Source of the DNA: an uncultured Candidatus Rokubacteria bacterium
Lineage (GTDB): Bacteria > Methylomirabilota > Methylomirabilia > Rokubacteriales > CSP1-6
Length of the DNA: 64,000 nt
Direction: 5' to 3'
Assembly: GCA_963754315.1 (NCBI GenBank)
Contig: CAVWFS010000001.1
Span: forward strand, 1 to 64,000
Below are positions 61,063 to 64,000 of the stretch, one piece after another (position 1 is the stretch's first letter; each line of letters starts with the position of its first letter). Below the pieces are notes generated by a model that saw nothing but the letters and a program-made list of their open reading frames with translations, did not search any database and was not told the DNA's origin. The translations under genes were made by a program, and so were the position numbers.

Positions 61063-61215
61063 ATCCGGGGCATCGCGTCAGCGCTCCTGCACCGGCGCGT
61101 GCTTGCGAGTGGCCCCGCCCCGCACTCGATCTAGCGTGCCTTTCCCTGTGCCAGCCGGGCGCGGACGTCGACTCGCTGAGCGCTCCTGAAATCAGCAGGT
61201 CCGCCACGGAGGCAT

Positions 61216-61230
61216 TGGCAGGAGACTTGC
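61216..61230 (+). promoter_or_regulatory. Putative sigma54 (-24/-12) promoter
   Basis: TGGCAGGAGACTTGC; one mismatch to TGGCAC-N5-TTGC with exact GG/GC spacing. Confidence 0.65.
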
Positions 61231-61303
61231 CGGGAACTGCTCGCCCAGGGGGACGTCTCTGGTCCTTACGAGGTTGTAGTCCGAGAGGCGAAAGGAGCGA
61301 GGC

Positions 61304-61441
61304 ATGACGAAGCTGTGGACGGTTCTTCTGTTCATTGCGTCCTTTGTGCTGGTGGCTCCCGTGGTGGAATCCGGAACCTCCACCTCCCTGGGGGTCTTCG
61401 TCGCCGTCGGAAACGCCGAGTCCGGAGGGGGCGGAGAGTAG
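61304..61441 (+). CDS. 45-aa small protein, putative secreted peptide precursor (missed by ORF track)
   Basis: AAAGGAG RBS; MTKLWTVLLFIASFVLVAPVVESGTSTSLGVFVAVGNAESGGGGE*. Confidence 0.7.
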   Translation: MTKLWTVLLFIASFVLVAPVVESGTSTSLGVFVAVGNAESGGGGE

Positions 61442-61473
61442 GGCGAAGTCGGTCGCTTCGACGAGTCGACGCC

Positions 61474-63060
61474 GTGCTTGCCATCTTTGTGTTGTCCCTG
61501 CTCCTGGCGCCCGGGATCGGGTGGGCGCAGGAGCGGGTGACGACGCAGGAGCAGGAAGCCGGCCGAGGCAGCGTCTACCGGCGCCCGCTCGGTAACGAGC
61601 CGGGCACCCTGGATCCGGCTAGGGTCTCTGGCTTCTATGGGCTAGCCGTCGTCGAGCAGATCTTCGAGGGGCTGGTGCAATTCGACCAGAACCTCATGAT
61701 CGCACCGGCCCTGGCCAGTTACTGGAAGGCATCCCGCGATGGGCTGACCTGGACCTTCACCTTGCGCAAGGTCAATTTCCACCACGGTCGCGAGGTCACG
61801 GCGGACGACGTCGCCTTCTCGTTTACACGCTTGCTCGACCCGCGCCTGAAGTCGGGCGCGGCCGATCTGTTCAGTGGCATCAAGGGAGCGCGCGAGTTCC
61901 GCGAGGGCAAGGCGGCCACTGTGGAAGGCCTCACCGTCGTCGACCGGCACACCATACAGGTCACGCTGAGTGAGGCCTTCGCTCCCTTTGTCTCCATGCT
62001 TGCGGTCGGGCACGCCAAGATTGTTCCGCGCGACCTCGTGACGCAGGGGAGCGAGGCGTTCGGGATGCGACCGGTAGGTACGGGACCCTTCAAGTTCGTT
62101 CGCTGGGACCGGGGCCGCGAGATCGTGCTGGCCGCCAATAGGGAGTATTACGCGGGAGCGCCCCGCCTGGCGGAGGTGCGCTATCAGATCTTTCCCGGCG
62201 AACCCATCGATGCGATCCATCGGGAGTTTCTGGCCGGCAACCTCGAGGATAGTCCCGTCCCCTTCGAAGCACGGGGCAAGCCGGGGCCGTACCAATACAT
62301 TCGGCGGCCGATGTTCAGTGTGCGGTTCTACGGTTTCAATACCCGCCACAAGCCGCTGGACGACCGGCGCATCCGGCAAGCACTCGTCCACGCCATCGAC
62401 CGGGACCATATCCGCGACACCATCTATCTGGGCCGTTACCATCCGGCGCGGGGCATCCTCCCTCCGGGCACGCCCGGCTTCAACCCGGAGATCGGCGACA
62501 TTCCCTATTCGCTCGACCGGGCGCGGCTGCTGCTCCGCCAGGCCGGATACGGTGAGGGCCGCCGATTCCCGGCCCTTACCTTGTGGTCGAGCGTGAAGAG
62601 CGAGCGGCTGCTTCGCGAGCACCACTTCATCAAGACCTCGTTGGCCGCCGTCGGCGTTCCCCTGGAAGTCCGCTACGAGACAGACTGGCCTACCTTCTCG
62701 CGACTCCTGGAAGAGGGCAGGCTGCCGTTCTTTCTCCAGGCGTGGTATGCCGATGTGCCCGACCCTGACAACTTTATGACCAAGCTGTTCTTCTCGAAGA
62801 GTCCCCGTAACTTCACCGGTTACGCCAGTACCGTGGTGGACGATCTCCTCCTCCATGCCCGCGCGGAGACCGATCTCTCACGCCGGGTCGAGCTGTACCG
62901 GCGCGCCGAGCGGATGGTGCTGGAGGATGCGCCGATCATGCCCCTCTGGCACTACACCTATGAGCGTCTCTTCCAGCCCTACGTGCGCAGCATCGAGGTC
63001 AACGGCCTGGGGGATCCCTACATCCCGTTTCGCAAGATCTGGCTGGAGGCGCCCCGATGA
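61474..63060 (+). CDS. Family-5 (OppA/DppA-type) solute-binding protein
   Basis: Signal ending GWA|QE, TLDPA, IFEGLV, DGLTWTFTLR..FHHG, GTGPF, WYADVPDPDNF; start uncertain. Confidence 0.9.
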   Translation: MLAIFVLSLLLAPGIGWAQERVTTQEQEAGRGSVYRRPLGNEPGTLDPARVSGFYGLAVVEQIFEGLVQFDQNLMIAPALASYWKASRDGLTWTFTLRKVNFHHGREVTADDVAFSFTRLLDPRLKSGAADLFSGIKGAREFREGKAATVEGLTVVDRHTIQVTLSEAFAPFVSMLAVGHAKIVPRDLVTQGSEAFGMRPVGTGPFKFVRWDRGREIVLAANREYYAGAPRLAEVRYQIFPGEPIDAIHREFLAGNLEDSPVPFEARGKPGPYQYIRRPMFSVRFYGFNTRHKPLDDRRIRQALVHAIDRDHIRDTIYLGRYHPARGILPPGTPGFNPEIGDIPYSLDRARLLLRQAGYGEGRRFPALTLWSSVKSERLLREHHFIKTSLAAVGVPLEVRYETDWPTFSRLLEEGRLPFFLQAWYADVPDPDNFMTKLFFSKSPRNFTGYASTVVDDLLLHARAETDLSRRVELYRRAERMVLEDAPIMPLWHYTYERLFQPYVRSIEVNGLGDPYIPFRKIWLEAPR

Positions 63061-64000
63061 CGTCGCTGCGCGCCAAGCTTCTCTGGGGATCCGTTCTCGT
63101 CGTGGTGCTGGTGATGTCTGCCGTGTTTGCCGTGGTCGAGCATCGGCAGCGCGCGGCCATCATCGACCAAGTGGAGGAGCGGGGGGAAGCCCTTGCCCGG
63201 AGCCTGGCCGCCATGGCGTCCGGTCATCTGTTGCTCTACAACTTCACGGGTCTCGAGCAGGGGGTGGCCCGCGTCGCTCGGGAAGCCGACGTCGTCTACG
63301 CCATCGTCCTCGACGGCGACAATCTCGTAGCCGCCCACAGCCACCGGCCGGACACGGTAGGACAGGCCCTCTCCGGCGACGTGGCCAGGCTGGCGACCGA
63401 GGCCGTCCGGCCCCTCGTGCAAGACACCCGATCCGCGGAGGACGCGGGCCTCTATGACTTCTCGGTCCCGGTGATCGTCGACAACCGCCGCTGGGGTACG
63501 GCTCGCGTGGGCCTCTCCCAGAAGCGCATGGAGTCGGAGATCCGACAGACTCGACTCGAGCTCGGCGTGCTAACCGTCATCACCATTGTGGTGGGGGGGC
63601 TGGCGGCCGCCCTGGTGGCGCGCCAGATCGCTCGCCCCGTCCAGCGCCTGGCCGATGGGGTGGCGGCCATCTCGCGCGGCGAATTGAACCAACGCATCGA
63701 GCCTACCACCCGCGACGAGATCGGACGGCTGGCCGTTGCCTTCAACCATATGGCGGCCCAGCTCGCCCAGCAACGGAGTGCGCTCGAAGTGGCTCACGCG
63801 GAGCTACGGCAGCGCTTTGAGGAACTCGCGGACCTCAAGAGCTACACGGATAACATCCTCGCGTCGGTGAAGACGGGGATTGTCACCGTAGACTTGGACG
63901 GGCGTGTGGTGACCCTGAATCCGGCCGCCGAACTGCTGACGGGGTTCTTCGCGGGCGAGGCGGCCGGACGATACTGCACCGAGGTGTTCCGCGATAGTCC
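63057..64000 (+). CDS. Membrane sensor protein, probable histidine kinase (TM-periplasmic-TM-HAMP-PAS), 3'-truncated by window
   Basis: ATG overlaps the SBP stop; two TM helices, DEIGRLAVAFNHM HAMP motif, GIVTVDLDGRVVTLNPAAE PAS motif; open to window end. Confidence 0.85.
   Translation, partial: MTSLRAKLLWGSVLVVVLVMSAVFAVVEHRQRAAIIDQVEERGEALARSLAAMASGHLLLYNFTGLEQGVARVAREADVVYAIVLDGDNLVAAHSHRPDTVGQALSGDVARLATEAVRPLVQDTRSAEDAGLYDFSVPVIVDNRRWGTARVGLSQKRMESEIRQTRLELGVLTVITIVVGGLAAALVARQIARPVQRLADGVAAISRGELNQRIEPTTRDEIGRLAVAFNHMAAQLAQQRSALEVAHAELRQRFEELADLKSYTDNILASVKTGIVTVDLDGRVVTLNPAAELLTGFFAGEAAGRYCTEVFRDS

Noticed and set aside
61315..61473. Long N-terminal extension of the second SBP, and the minus-strand 63-aa ORF at 61192-61383
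   Set aside because: Neither has a convincing RBS; the overlapping 61304-61441 frame has an RBS, a promoter and coherent composition

Overview
GC-rich 64-kb chromosomal window, densely coding, from a bacterium with outer-membrane/LPS genes (kdsB, lpxD-like, lapA-like) and a Pup-proteasome operon. That combination and the G/C hairpin repeats suggest Methylomirabilota/Rokubacteria or a relative (inference only). In order, the window holds: a membrane glycosylation cluster; a MoxR/VWA pair; fabF-acp-lpxD with a frameshift; thiolase/OB-fold plus a Liv-type ABC transporter; a Rieske oxygenase with a GlnT/GmaS-type ligase; uvrA; a rubrerythrin/DUF3501 locus; tRNA-Met; a pterin operon (GT4, two PTPS, folE, SDR, iscA, moaD-moaE, tilS); mgtE, apgM, a sugar ABC transporter and kdsB; arc-dop-prcB-prcA-pafA; and a two-component cluster cut by the window end. 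The strongest observations are four. (1) An unannotated 45-aa secreted-looking peptide gene (ending AESGGGGE) lies behind a sigma54 promoter, embedded among a sigma54 activator, two family-5 peptide-binding proteins and a HAMP/PAS sensor; this is a candidate peptide signalling circuit. (2) A zinc alcohol dehydrogenase has an in-frame TGA at its catalytic Zn-ligand Cys codon (candidate selenoprotein). (3) The proteasome/pupylation operon has no pup gene. (4) There is a candidate tetrahydrobiopterin-glycoside operon. All functional calls come from motif recognition by eye, not database searches.
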